This document shows positions 23,182 through 32,095 of a stretch of 64,000 bases of DNA, one piece after another. Numbering within the stretch: position 1 is the first letter of the stretch; every line of letters starts with the position of its first letter. Under the pieces are notes generated by a model. The model was given only the letters and a program-made list of their open reading frames with translations. It made no database searches and was not told the origin of the DNA. Source of the DNA: Nitrospirota bacterium (lineage in GTDB: Bacteria; Nitrospirota; UBA9217); the NCBI GenBank assembly GCA_963790205.1, contig CAWBNQ010000003.1:256001-320000 (forward strand), read 5' to 3'. Both the position numbers and the translations under genes were made by a program.

Positions 23182-24630
23182 ATGAATATGCCTGATGTAT
23201 CCTCCAAAATTACCACTCACGCCCCGCACCTGCGTCCCGACCTTGGTAAACTGAAGGTTCTGGTCGTTGATGATGAATTGCTGATCAGGTATTCGTTGCA
23301 GCGCCTCATCGAACGAGAGGGCTTTTCCGTCATTACAGCGGATTCCGGACTGCAGGCGCTGCAGCAATTCGAACAAGAGAAACCCGAGGTCGTTATCCTG
23401 GACATTCGCCTTCCCGACGCAAATGGTCTGGACCTTCTGAAAACCATCAAGGAAATCAGCCCTTCCGTGACCGTTGTCATGGTAACAGCCTGTCCCGATA
23501 TACGAAGCAGCGTAGAGGCGATGAAGATGGGCGCTTTCGATTATCTTGATAAGCCCATCGATATCGAGAAGCTGACGAATATCCTGAATACGTTGAAGCA
23601 GGAACGGCCCCGGGCCAAGACGGTACACTTGCCGGGCAGCGTCGCGTTCAAAAGCGATGCCATGAACGAGGTGCTCAGGATCACCGAGCGTCTGGCCAAT
23701 AAAGGAGACGTGACGGTCCTGGTGCTCGGAGAAAGCGGGACGGGAAAGAGTTTCCTGTGCAGGACCGTGCATGAACTGAGCCCGCGCAAAGGACGGCCGT
23801 TTGTCGAGATCGGGTGCTCAACGATCCCCGAGCACCTCATCGAGAGCGAGCTCTTCGGATATGAGAAGGGCGCGTTCACAGACGCAAAGACATCCAAAAA
23901 AGGGCTCATCGAGACGGCGGAGGGCGGCACGGTCTTTCTCGATGAGATCGGAGACATGCCCACGGCGATGCAATCAAAGCTCCTCAGTCTGATCGAAGAG
24001 CGGAAATTCAGGAGGGTCGGAGGGCTCCAGCAGCTCAACGCCGATGTCCGGATTCTCGCCGCCACGAACAGGAACCTCCACGACCTCGTGCAGGAGGGAA
24101 AGTTCAGGCTTGATCTTTATTACCGCCTGAACGTCGTCACGATAGAAATGCCGCCCCTCCGCACGCGGGCGGAAGACATTGCCCTGCTGGTGGAGCATTT
24201 CCTGAAACATTTCAGTCAGAAGCACTCCTGCCAGACCAACAGCATAACGACGCCGGCCTTGGAAGCACTGCAAAACTATTCCTGGCCGGGCAATGTGAGG
24301 GAGTTGAAGAACCTCATGGAAAAGCTCGTGGTCATGTCAAAGTGCGACAAGGTCGGCGTTGACGACCTTCCATCGGAGATCCTCGCTGCAAAAGGGGACC
24401 CCGCCCCCGCGGCGCAGAAACCCTTGAATGCTCCCGTCGGCCCTCCGGTGCAGCCTTCTGAAAACGTCAAGCGCAACAGCCTGTCGCTCAAAGTGCTTGA
24501 AGAAGAGTCCATCAGGGCCGCGTTAAAAGCGGCGAAGGGCAACCAGAGAGAGGCGGCGAAACTCCTCGACATCACCAGGGACACGCTGCGCTACCGCATG
24601 AAAAAGCTGGGCATTGAATCGGCTCGGTGA
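23182..24630 (+). CDS. Sigma54-dependent response regulator (NtrC family)
   Basis: REC domain (VVDDE, LDIRLPD), GESGTGKS, ESELFGYEKGAFTDA, WPGNVREL, Fis-type HTH. Confidence 0.95.
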   Translation: MNMPDVSSKITTHAPHLRPDLGKLKVLVVDDELLIRYSLQRLIEREGFSVITADSGLQALQQFEQEKPEVVILDIRLPDANGLDLLKTIKEISPSVTVVMVTACPDIRSSVEAMKMGAFDYLDKPIDIEKLTNILNTLKQERPRAKTVHLPGSVAFKSDAMNEVLRITERLANKGDVTVLVLGESGTGKSFLCRTVHELSPRKGRPFVEIGCSTIPEHLIESELFGYEKGAFTDAKTSKKGLIETAEGGTVFLDEIGDMPTAMQSKLLSLIEERKFRRVGGLQQLNADVRILAATNRNLHDLVQEGKFRLDLYYRLNVVTIEMPPLRTRAEDIALLVEHFLKHFSQKHSCQTNSITTPALEALQNYSWPGNVRELKNLMEKLVVMSKCDKVGVDDLPSEILAAKGDPAPAAQKPLNAPVGPPVQPSENVKRNSLSLKVLEEESIRAALKAAKGNQREAAKLLDITRDTLRYRMKKLGIESAR

Positions 24631-25146
24631 CTCGTTCCGGATTGTCTCGCGAACTGCTTCCTTTTCGCTTTCTTGTTGCATCGACGGAACGCATCTCCGA
24701 ACGCCTCCTGAAAGTACTTTACAAAGCAAGCCTGAATTTTGAGTCAAGTTTTTTGAATTCACACAGTCACGCCCTGCTGTTGCCAAAACGCGGGTGCAGG
24801 CGAAGCTCACGAAGAAGGGCTGTATGAATCGTGCAAACCTCCGTGCTCTTTGTGCCTTGTGTGAGAAATCGTTTTGCTTGAGACTTTACTCATGCCTCGT
24901 TTGGTCCGAGGCGGGGCCTCGCTCAATATCAGTCTGTTACGAATATAATTTCTTCCAGAATGGGGAAAAGGCGGATATTCGGTCTTTTCAATGTTTCTCC
25001 GGATTAACCCTTTTGTCTCATTTTGTCTCATAATAGAGTTAAAAAACCAGCAACGAAGAGCGAAATCACCCAAGAACCAAATTATTTCGGCATTTATGAG
25101 TCCAGCGTAGATACAAATGCATTGTTATATAAAGACTATAATATCC

Positions 25147-25162
25147 TGGCACTTCTATTGCA
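25147..25162 (+). promoter_or_regulatory. Sigma54 (-24/-12) promoter
   Basis: TGGCACTTCTATTGCA, full match to TGGCAC-N5-TTGCA. Confidence 0.8.
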
Positions 25163-25188
25163 TAATTTATATACAGTATAATGTTAAG

Positions 25189-25221
25189 GCTTCTTTCTGA
25201 ACGCTTTATTCAGAAAGAAGC
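25189..25221. other. Perfect 13-bp-stem hairpin abutting the left end of the mobile element
   Basis: GCTTCTTTCTGAA-cgcttta-TTCAGAAAGAAGC. Confidence 0.7.
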
Positions 25222-25488
25222 TGGTTGGGCTAAGCCGTTGCGCGCCACGTCGCTATGGGATTTCAAATGATTTGTCAGCTTAAAACGAAGTCCGCGGAGA
25301 CAGCATTGGCAGGGGCGTGAGACTTGTTCGGGTGAAAAGCGGCGATTCCGGACTGCTCCGCAAGCCCCTTTCGTAAAAGACTATACAGGAAAAAGGGCTT
25401 TTGGGCAATAGGGTATCGTTGCGAAAGACGTGACTTTTTTCGGGGATGGATGTCGGAGTCGGGTTGTTCATTTCAGTGCTTGTGGTAA

Positions 25489-26682
25489 TCATATTCGCGG
25501 CGGTCCTTTGCAGCGCGCGGGCTGCATGATCTCGATTGTGCGCATTCTGCGTTCGCCGCAGGCAGGGCATTTGGCCACGTCAATGCCGGCGATCCTGAGC
25601 AAAGCTTCCTGCCACGTCTCAGTCTTCTGCTCCGCCTCGTTCTGATCAACGCAGGCCAGAAGCTCTCTGCATTGGTCGAGTTTCTTTCTGCGGCATCTGT
25701 TTCCCAACAGACCGTAATGCCTGATTTTGACAAACCGGTCGGGCAGGACATGAAGCAGGAACCGCCGGATGAACTCATCGGCGTCCACGGTCATGATCTT
25801 GCTTTTGTTGCTGTCCGCGTAGTCGCGCCACCGGAAGGAGATCTTGTCGTCCATCATCTTCACGAGCCGGTGATTGCTGATCGCGATACGGTGGGTGTAT
25901 CTGCCGAGATACTCAAGAACGCCTTTTGTTCCGTCGAACGGCGGCTTACAATAGACGACCCACTGCTTCTTGTACAAATCGGCGATGAAGGCCTTGAAAA
26001 CTCCCGGCGACGCAAGATGGCTTACGACGCCGGGGTAGACAAGTTTGTTCTCGGCACGGAGTTTTTTCAGATAAGCGAGAAACTTCCCCCGAAAGAGTTT
26101 CGACATGACCTTGACGGGAAGGAAAAAGCCATTCTTGCATGATTTCCATTTCCGTCCGCCCTTGGACAATCCGCCGCCGGTGACGATGTTGTGGAGATGC
26201 GGATGATCCATAAGGTTCTGTCCCCAGGTGTGCAGGATCGAGATAAAACCGATTTCCGCGCCCAAGTGTTTCTGCGTATTCGAGAGTTCCGTCAGGGTTT
26301 CCGAAACGGCCTTGAACAGGATCCCGTAGAGGGCCTCCTGGTTCCGGAGCACAAGGGGATTGAGTTTATCGGGGATGGTAAAAACGACATGGAAGTAAGG
26401 AATGGGAAGCAGGTCTTCTTCCCGGGCCTCGATCCACTGCTCTTTTTTAAGGAACTGGCACTTGGGGCAATGCCGGTTTCTGCAGGAGTTGTACGAGATC
26501 ACTTTTGTCCCGCAGTGCTCGCATTCGTCCACGTGACCGCCTTGGTCGGCGGTGCGGCAGGTCTCGATCGCCCGCATGGCGCGAAGACGATTCAAGGGCA
26601 TGGGATGAGCGTTCCGGTAAAGAGGACCGTACCGGCGAAAGATGTCCGCGACTTCGATCTGTAGGCTATCTCGCGTGTACAC
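25489..26682 (-). CDS. IS91-family (HUH/Y2) transposase
   Basis: Zn-binding SCRNRHCPKC, HVVFTIP, LHTWG..HPHLH, YLGRYTHRIAISN, IRHYGLL. Confidence 0.95.
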   Translation of the reverse strand: MYTRDSLQIEVADIFRRYGPLYRNAHPMPLNRLRAMRAIETCRTADQGGHVDECEHCGTKVISYNSCRNRHCPKCQFLKKEQWIEAREEDLLPIPYFHVVFTIPDKLNPLVLRNQEALYGILFKAVSETLTELSNTQKHLGAEIGFISILHTWGQNLMDHPHLHNIVTGGGLSKGGRKWKSCKNGFFLPVKVMSKLFRGKFLAYLKKLRAENKLVYPGVVSHLASPGVFKAFIADLYKKQWVVYCKPPFDGTKGVLEYLGRYTHRIAISNHRLVKMMDDKISFRWRDYADSNKSKIMTVDADEFIRRFLLHVLPDRFVKIRHYGLLGNRCRRKKLDQCRELLACVDQNEAEQKTETWQEALLRIAGIDVAKCPACGERRMRTIEIMQPARCKGPPRI

Positions 26683-26703
26683 CGCGGGTGTCGCGTGTGC
26701 AGG

Positions 26704-27561
26704 CTACGAGGTTTGTGGAGGATTTAAGAAGGGGCCTAAGTCCAGAGGGCTCACGATCTTTGAGAGGTTCTTTTTGCTCACGTGGAGATAAATAGTGGTC
26801 GTTCTCACCGACGCATGGCCGAGCAGAAGCTGAATATAGTGCAGATCAGCTCCCGACTCCAGCAGGTGTGTGGCGAAGCTATGCCGAAGCGTGTGACAAC
26901 TTGCCGGCTTCGTGATGCCGGCTTTTTTCTTCGCGCGTTTGAACGCCTCTTGGACGGTGCTAATGGAAATGTAGTTTTCAGGCTTTTCTCCCGGAAAGAG
27001 CCAATGCGTCGGTCTATATTCTTTCCAGTATTCCCGAAGCGCTTCCAGCGCTACCTGGGATAAAAGGGTATACCGGTCTTTTTTGCCTTTGCCCTGGTCC
27101 ACGCGTATCAGCATACGGCTGCTGTCGATGTCCGTGATCTTGAGCCGGGCGGTCTCGCTCGCCCGGAGCCCTGCCGAGTAGGTCACCATCAGCATCACGC
27201 GCTGCTTCAGGCTGGGAGTGGCTTCGAACATGGCCTGTACCTCCTCCCGTTCGAGAACGATAGGAAGTGTCTTGGTCGTCTTCGGATAGGGAATCTTGTC
27301 CATCACCCAACCTTTGCCCAGCGTCGTTTCATAGAGGAACCGCAGCGCGCTGTAAGTTATCTTCAGGGTGGATAGCGATACCTTCTTATCCCGGACGAGG
27401 TAAAGCAGATACGCTTTGACATCGCCGTCTTCCAAAAGGTCGGGCGGTTTTTTAAAATGGCGTTCCATATCGCGCGCCGCCCGGTGATACAATGATTGCG
27501 TCTTCGGGGCTAATCCTCGAAGCACCATGTCGCCCTGCATCTGTTCTTTGAACGTTTCCAT
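26704..27561 (-). CDS. Tyrosine recombinase (phage integrase family)
   Basis: YSAGLR, GKGKKDR, HTLRHSFATHLLE, LLGH, TTIY; catalytic residues intact. Confidence 0.95.
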   Translation of the reverse strand: METFKEQMQGDMVLRGLAPKTQSLYHRAARDMERHFKKPPDLLEDGDVKAYLLYLVRDKKVSLSTLKITYSALRFLYETTLGKGWVMDKIPYPKTTKTLPIVLEREEVQAMFEATPSLKQRVMLMVTYSAGLRASETARLKITDIDSSRMLIRVDQGKGKKDRYTLLSQVALEALREYWKEYRPTHWLFPGEKPENYISISTVQEAFKRAKKKAGITKPASCHTLRHSFATHLLESGADLHYIQLLLGHASVRTTTIYLHVSKKNLSKIVSPLDLGPFLNPPQTS

Positions 27562-27975
27562 TGCATAATCTCCTTCCGTTGAATCGAAATTCCAACGGCA
27601 TGACGCCGATGGTGATGCGAAAGAAGATTGTAGAACGGTCAGGATTATGAAGCAAGGAGCGAGACGAAGAAAATCTATCGAGATATGCGGGGATGAATTG
27701 TAGAGAGACTTATTGGAATGCGAATAACACCGCCGCGCAGCGGCTTAGTTCAACCGGCATTTGGAGCTTTTCCAGGGGATATCAAAATCTGTAAAGTTTC
27801 GGGAAAAAGCCAATGTGGAGCAAGATAGACAGATTAAGCTGTCAAATTATTCAAGTGGTTAATGCGCCGAACGCGTCAATAAGGAGCTTAATCATCTGTT
27901 TTTAAAGGTTTTAATTTTATTGACAACAGTTAGCTATTAGATTAACTTGTACCAGTCTTTTAAAGGAGAATACTA

Positions 27976-30900
27976 ATGTCGTACTTAAAAAAATTGAAGT
28001 ATACCGTGTTGTTATCAGCACTTATGATGACCGGACTTATGTCTTTTGTTGTCACCTCGGCTGTCGCGGACCCTCTGGCTGACGCGCTCGACAATCCCGT
28101 TCAGACGGACGGCGTGACGCCTCTGGCGTTTACCCCGGCCGGGGCCGCGCCCTGGTCCGCGGTGACTGCGACGCTGTACAACGGCGGTTCCGGCACTGTT
28201 GCCCAGAGCGGCGCCATCGGCGGAGGGGCGTATTCCTCGATCACGACGACCGTGACCGGGCCGGCCTCCCTCTCGTTCTATCAGAAGGTGTCCTCGCAGC
28301 TCACCTATGACAAATTGACCTTCTCCCTCGACGGCTCGGTAAAGAGCACGATCAGCGGCTCGGTCAACTGGCAGCAGAAGCTCTTTACGCTTCCGACCGG
28401 GACCCATACGCTCGTCTGGAAATACGCCAAGAATCTCACGATAAACGGAGGCAGCGACGCTGCCTGGCTCGACAAGGTCGTGGTGAGCCCGAATACGGCG
28501 CTCAAGGTCACGTACCCCAACGGAGGGGAGAACCTGATAGCCGGCGCCCCGGTAAACATCACGTGGAACGCCCCCGCTGCCGCCGAGAAATACGATCTGT
28601 ACTTCACGACGAACAACGGCACGACCTGGACGTCCATTGCAAGCAATTATACCGGCCCGGGTTTTATGGGCATCACGTATCCCTGGACCTGGCCGGTGCC
28701 GAAGAGCAACATGACCGCCTGCAAGGTAAAAGTTGTCGCGAAAAATAACGCAGGCGTCGTCGTGGGAACCGATATGTCGGACAAGGTCTTTGCCGTCAAC
28801 AACGTCCGGCTGACCTCCCCGAACGGCAGCAATGTCCTCGCGGCAGGCGGCTCGTTTGACATCACCTGGGACTCGACCGCCACGGCGACAAGCTTCAATC
28901 TTTACTACACCCTGAACAACGGAACAACGTGGACCTCTCTTGCGACGAATGCGACCGGCACCGACCATATGTGGTCGCCGCTGCCCGTGCCTCCCGCGGG
29001 CAATATGACCGCGTGCAAGGTGAAGATCGTCGCCTACAATGGTTCCAGCATGATCGGCACGGACATCTCCGATGCGCCCTTTACCATGCAAGTGCTCAAG
29101 GTGACCGCGCCGAACGGCGGAGAGCTCATGAGCGCCAAGACCGGCACGTACACGATCGGGTTTCTCGTTTCCGGTTTGACCAACACTTCCGCGAGCGCGA
29201 CCGTCTCGTACACCATCAACGGCGGCTCTTCCTGGCCCGTGATCGGCATAATCTCGGGCGGCAGCGCCATTACCCCCGGAACGTACACGTGGGATTGGCA
29301 AGTGCCTGCCGTATCCGCTGTCAAGAACGCCAAGGTAAAGGTCGTGATCAAGAGCAAATCCGGCGTTGTGCTCGCCACGGACACGAGCGACGCCAATTTC
29401 ACGATCCTTCCCGTTTTCACCATCTCCGGCACGGTGAGCGGAGCAACCGTCACCAGCGTCACCATGACGCTGGGCGGAGACGACAGCAACACAACCACGA
29501 CCGACTCCCTTGGGAAATACTCCTTTAAGACGCTTCTCAAAGGGAACTACACAATATCTGCCGCCAAGGCCGGCTATTACTTCAATCCCGCGAGCACGGC
29601 CCTGGCCGTCACGACGGCGAACATCACGACCGCGAACTTCAAAGCCACGGTGTCCTTGAACCCCACCTACACCCTTTCCGGCACGGTGAGCGGAGCAACC
29701 GTTACCGGCGTGACCGTGACCCTGGCCGGCACGGTGAGCGGCAGCGTCCAGACCGCCGTGGACGGAACATACTCCTTCACAAACCTGCCTGCGGGCAATT
29801 ACAACGTGACGCCGGGCAAGACGGGGTACACGTTCGGCCCCCTGAGCAGAGGAGTTATTCTGAGCGCCGCCGATGCCCCCGGAGTCGATTTCGCGGCATT
29901 GCCGAGCGCCGGCGCCACTTACAGCATCTCGGGCAAGGCGACCTATAACGGGGCCGGCATCTCCGGCGCAACGATCACGATGATCGGTGATGCCAACGCC
30001 ACGGTCCTTACCGACGCGGGCGGAAATTATATTGTCAAGGGGCTCAAGAACGGCTCCTACACCCTCACGCCGAGCAGCGCACTGGCATACGATTTTTCGC
30101 CGGCAAGCGTTACGAAGAAAGTAAGCGGCGGGAGCCTCACGGGCGTCAATTTTACCGGCCTGGGCCCGGTCCTGGGAGTCTTGATCACGTCTCCAAAGGC
30201 GCCGCCCCTTGCGTCATTCACGCAGAACATACCCTCCAACGACCATACCGGCCCATATGATGAAATATTCCCGGGCATGGCGAACCTCTGGTCCCTTGAC
30301 ATGGATTTCAGCCTCGTGAACGGTTTTGATAACCAGTTTTATTATGCCGAGGAACTGGGCGTCGGGGGAATTTTCACCAGTGTCGCGTCCGGGATTTCAA
30401 ACTTCGATACCAGCGGCGCTGGAGACAGCGGCGGGGGAAACCTTTTCCCCATAGACCAGATGTTCGGCGATCCTACAAATAATTTTAACTGTTATGACCC
30501 GTCTGACTGTTCTCCTCCCACGTTCTATACGCCGGTCATGGGGGCAGCGGACGGCGTTAAGATTGCGACGGTATCGGACGGCGCATCAATGGCAGGGTCG
30601 CTTCCCACCGGGCTTTTGTCGACGTCGGTGACGGGAACGTATGCGGCGTTCCTTAATGCAACGACCGACTCGCGCTTGCAGACTACGCTGGACCTGACCT
30701 CGCTTCCGACAGGGTCGGCAATCAATATCTCCTGGGGTAATTCCGTATTTTTGCAGATGGACCTGCTGCAGCCCCTGCCCCCGTCCTACACCCCGAGCTA
30801 CCAGGTTGTTTTGCGGAACATGGACGGGAGCTTGCTGAAGACCTTGTATAACAACCCGCCTGTAGGCTTGCATGATAATAAGGGGCCAATAACTGTTTAT

Positions 30901-31773
30901 GATTCCCCAACGTATCCGTTAGCGGGGAAAAAGGTCATCCTTTCTTTTGAGATGAACAGTTCGAACTTCCCCTATGGCCAGACCGTCGGCACAAACCCTT
31001 TCCCCAGCCAGGCGTACGCGATCATCGATAACGTATCCGTCCTTAAGTACGGCACTACTTATGAGTATGTGACCAACGGCGATTTCGAGACCGGAGACCT
31101 GACCGGATGGACCACGAACACGCCGGCGGAGGTGCAGAACATCACCTCGGGCGCGAGGTCCATTCCCGTAGGAACGGGAACGGATAAGCTTACGGTCAAG
31201 CGGTCCTTCTATACCGTGCCGAACAAGCTCTGGGGCAGGTGGGTGGACGTGATCTCGAACCCTACCGGCCACTCAATCACCACGACCGTTTCCTATGAAT
31301 CCGACCTGGAATCCTCCGGCGCGGGAGTCATCTACGACCCCGTGTCCTACAGCACCAGCACAACGCCGGCGCCCCATGCCCTCACCTCATGGGATTCCTC
31401 CTATTTCCTGTGCGGCGGTGTCCCGGGTTGTGACGGGACCCGCGATGTCGGCCTGGTATTCGGGAACGCAGCCACCGTGGATTTTTCATCGGAAACGGCT
31501 AATGGAATGTATAATGATATCGCTGACGGCAGCGAATACATCGATGTCACCTACAACATTACCGTGCCGGCGTACGGCAGGGTCGCGATCGTCAACTTCG
31601 TTCTTATGGACGGCACGGACACGGGCGTGGCCGCAACGGACACAACATTTCTGGCGTCGCAAATCGATGACGAGGCAAAGAACATCTTGAACAACTTTTG
31701 GACCGATCCCCAGTACCGGGACGGGATGACGACGCAGCAGATCAATGCGATTTGGAATTTCCCCCGGCCATAG
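27976..31773 (+). CDS. Large secreted Ser/Thr-rich multi-beta-sandwich surface protein (no heme motifs)
   Basis: SD AAGGAG; signal peptide; three (T/S)xPNGG-type Ig-like repeats; three (Y/F)(T/S)(I/L)SG...G.Y.F/I CarboxypepD_reg-like repeats; NGDFETG carbohydrate-binding-like motif. Confidence 0.85.
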   Translation: MSYLKKLKYTVLLSALMMTGLMSFVVTSAVADPLADALDNPVQTDGVTPLAFTPAGAAPWSAVTATLYNGGSGTVAQSGAIGGGAYSSITTTVTGPASLSFYQKVSSQLTYDKLTFSLDGSVKSTISGSVNWQQKLFTLPTGTHTLVWKYAKNLTINGGSDAAWLDKVVVSPNTALKVTYPNGGENLIAGAPVNITWNAPAAAEKYDLYFTTNNGTTWTSIASNYTGPGFMGITYPWTWPVPKSNMTACKVKVVAKNNAGVVVGTDMSDKVFAVNNVRLTSPNGSNVLAAGGSFDITWDSTATATSFNLYYTLNNGTTWTSLATNATGTDHMWSPLPVPPAGNMTACKVKIVAYNGSSMIGTDISDAPFTMQVLKVTAPNGGELMSAKTGTYTIGFLVSGLTNTSASATVSYTINGGSSWPVIGIISGGSAITPGTYTWDWQVPAVSAVKNAKVKVVIKSKSGVVLATDTSDANFTILPVFTISGTVSGATVTSVTMTLGGDDSNTTTTDSLGKYSFKTLLKGNYTISAAKAGYYFNPASTALAVTTANITTANFKATVSLNPTYTLSGTVSGATVTGVTVTLAGTVSGSVQTAVDGTYSFTNLPAGNYNVTPGKTGYTFGPLSRGVILSAADAPGVDFAALPSAGATYSISGKATYNGAGISGATITMIGDANATVLTDAGGNYIVKGLKNGSYTLTPSSALAYDFSPASVTKKVSGGSLTGVNFTGLGPVLGVLITSPKAPPLASFTQNIPSNDHTGPYDEIFPGMANLWSLDMDFSLVNGFDNQFYYAEELGVGGIFTSVASGISNFDTSGAGDSGGGNLFPIDQMFGDPTNNFNCYDPSDCSPPTFYTPVMGAADGVKIATVSDGASMAGSLPTGLLSTSVTGTYAAFLNATTDSRLQTTLDLTSLPTGSAINISWGNSVFLQMDLLQPLPPSYTPSYQVVLRNMDGSLLKTLYNNPPVGLHDNKGPITVYDSPTYPLAGKKVILSFEMNSSNFPYGQTVGTNPFPSQAYAIIDNVSVLKYGTTYEYVTNGDFETGDLTGWTTNTPAEVQNITSGARSIPVGTGTDKLTVKRSFYTVPNKLWGRWVDVISNPTGHSITTTVSYESDLESSGAGVIYDPVSYSTSTTPAPHALTSWDSSYFLCGGVPGCDGTRDVGLVFGNAATVDFSSETANGMYNDIADGSEYIDVTYNITVPAYGRVAIVNFVLMDGTDTGVAATDTTFLASQIDDEAKNILNNFWTDPQYRDGMTTQQINAIWNFPRP

Positions 31774-31832
31774 CCTTGATGCTTGCTTCGTCCGCGATGA
31801 CGACGCAGCAGGTCAATGCAATCAGGAATTTC
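31725..31832 (+). repeat. 37-bp direct repeat duplicating the last codons of the 1265-aa gene
   Basis: GATGACGACGCAGCAGATCAATGCGATTTGGAATTTC (31725) versus GATGACGACGCAGCAGGTCAATGCAATCAGGAATTTC (31796). Confidence 0.8.
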
Positions 31833-31882
31833 TGATGTATAGTGCACGGGTAAATCTTTATCCGTTATAGCGAGCGAAGTGA

Positions 31883-31920
31883 AGCGGTCCCGCGGGAAAA
31901 GCGGGGCCGCTTTGTTGTTT
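31883..31920 (+). terminator. Intrinsic terminator of the 1265-aa gene
   Basis: AGCGGTCCCGC-ggaaa-GCGGGGCCGCT stem followed by TTGTTGTTT. Confidence 0.55.
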
Positions 31921-32095
31921 GCAGCAGGCCATCCCGCCCAATTCGCAGAGGTCTGACCTGACCAAACCGGCTTCTCAAGCCCCGCGGCCTTCGCTGAAAG
32001 ACCAAAAAGAAAGCGGGGCGTCGGCCCCGCTTTCCATCCGTCAAAAATCATATCAGCGGATCTTCATCGTTTTCGTCCAACGGGGCCTGTCCGGT

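Larger units (their letters stand above)
25224..27754 (-). mobile_element. IS91-family element carrying a tyrosine recombinase, bounded by imperfect inverted ends
   Basis: Integrase plus Y2 transposase gene pair; left end GTTGGGCTAAGCCGTTGCGCG versus reverse complement of right end GTTGAACTAAGCCGCTGCGCG. Confidence 0.8.

Noticed and set aside
25224..27754. Integron (IntI plus attC cassettes)
   Set aside because: The recombinase is short (285 aa) with no evident IntI-specific insertion, is paired with an IS91 transposase, and no cassette array is visible
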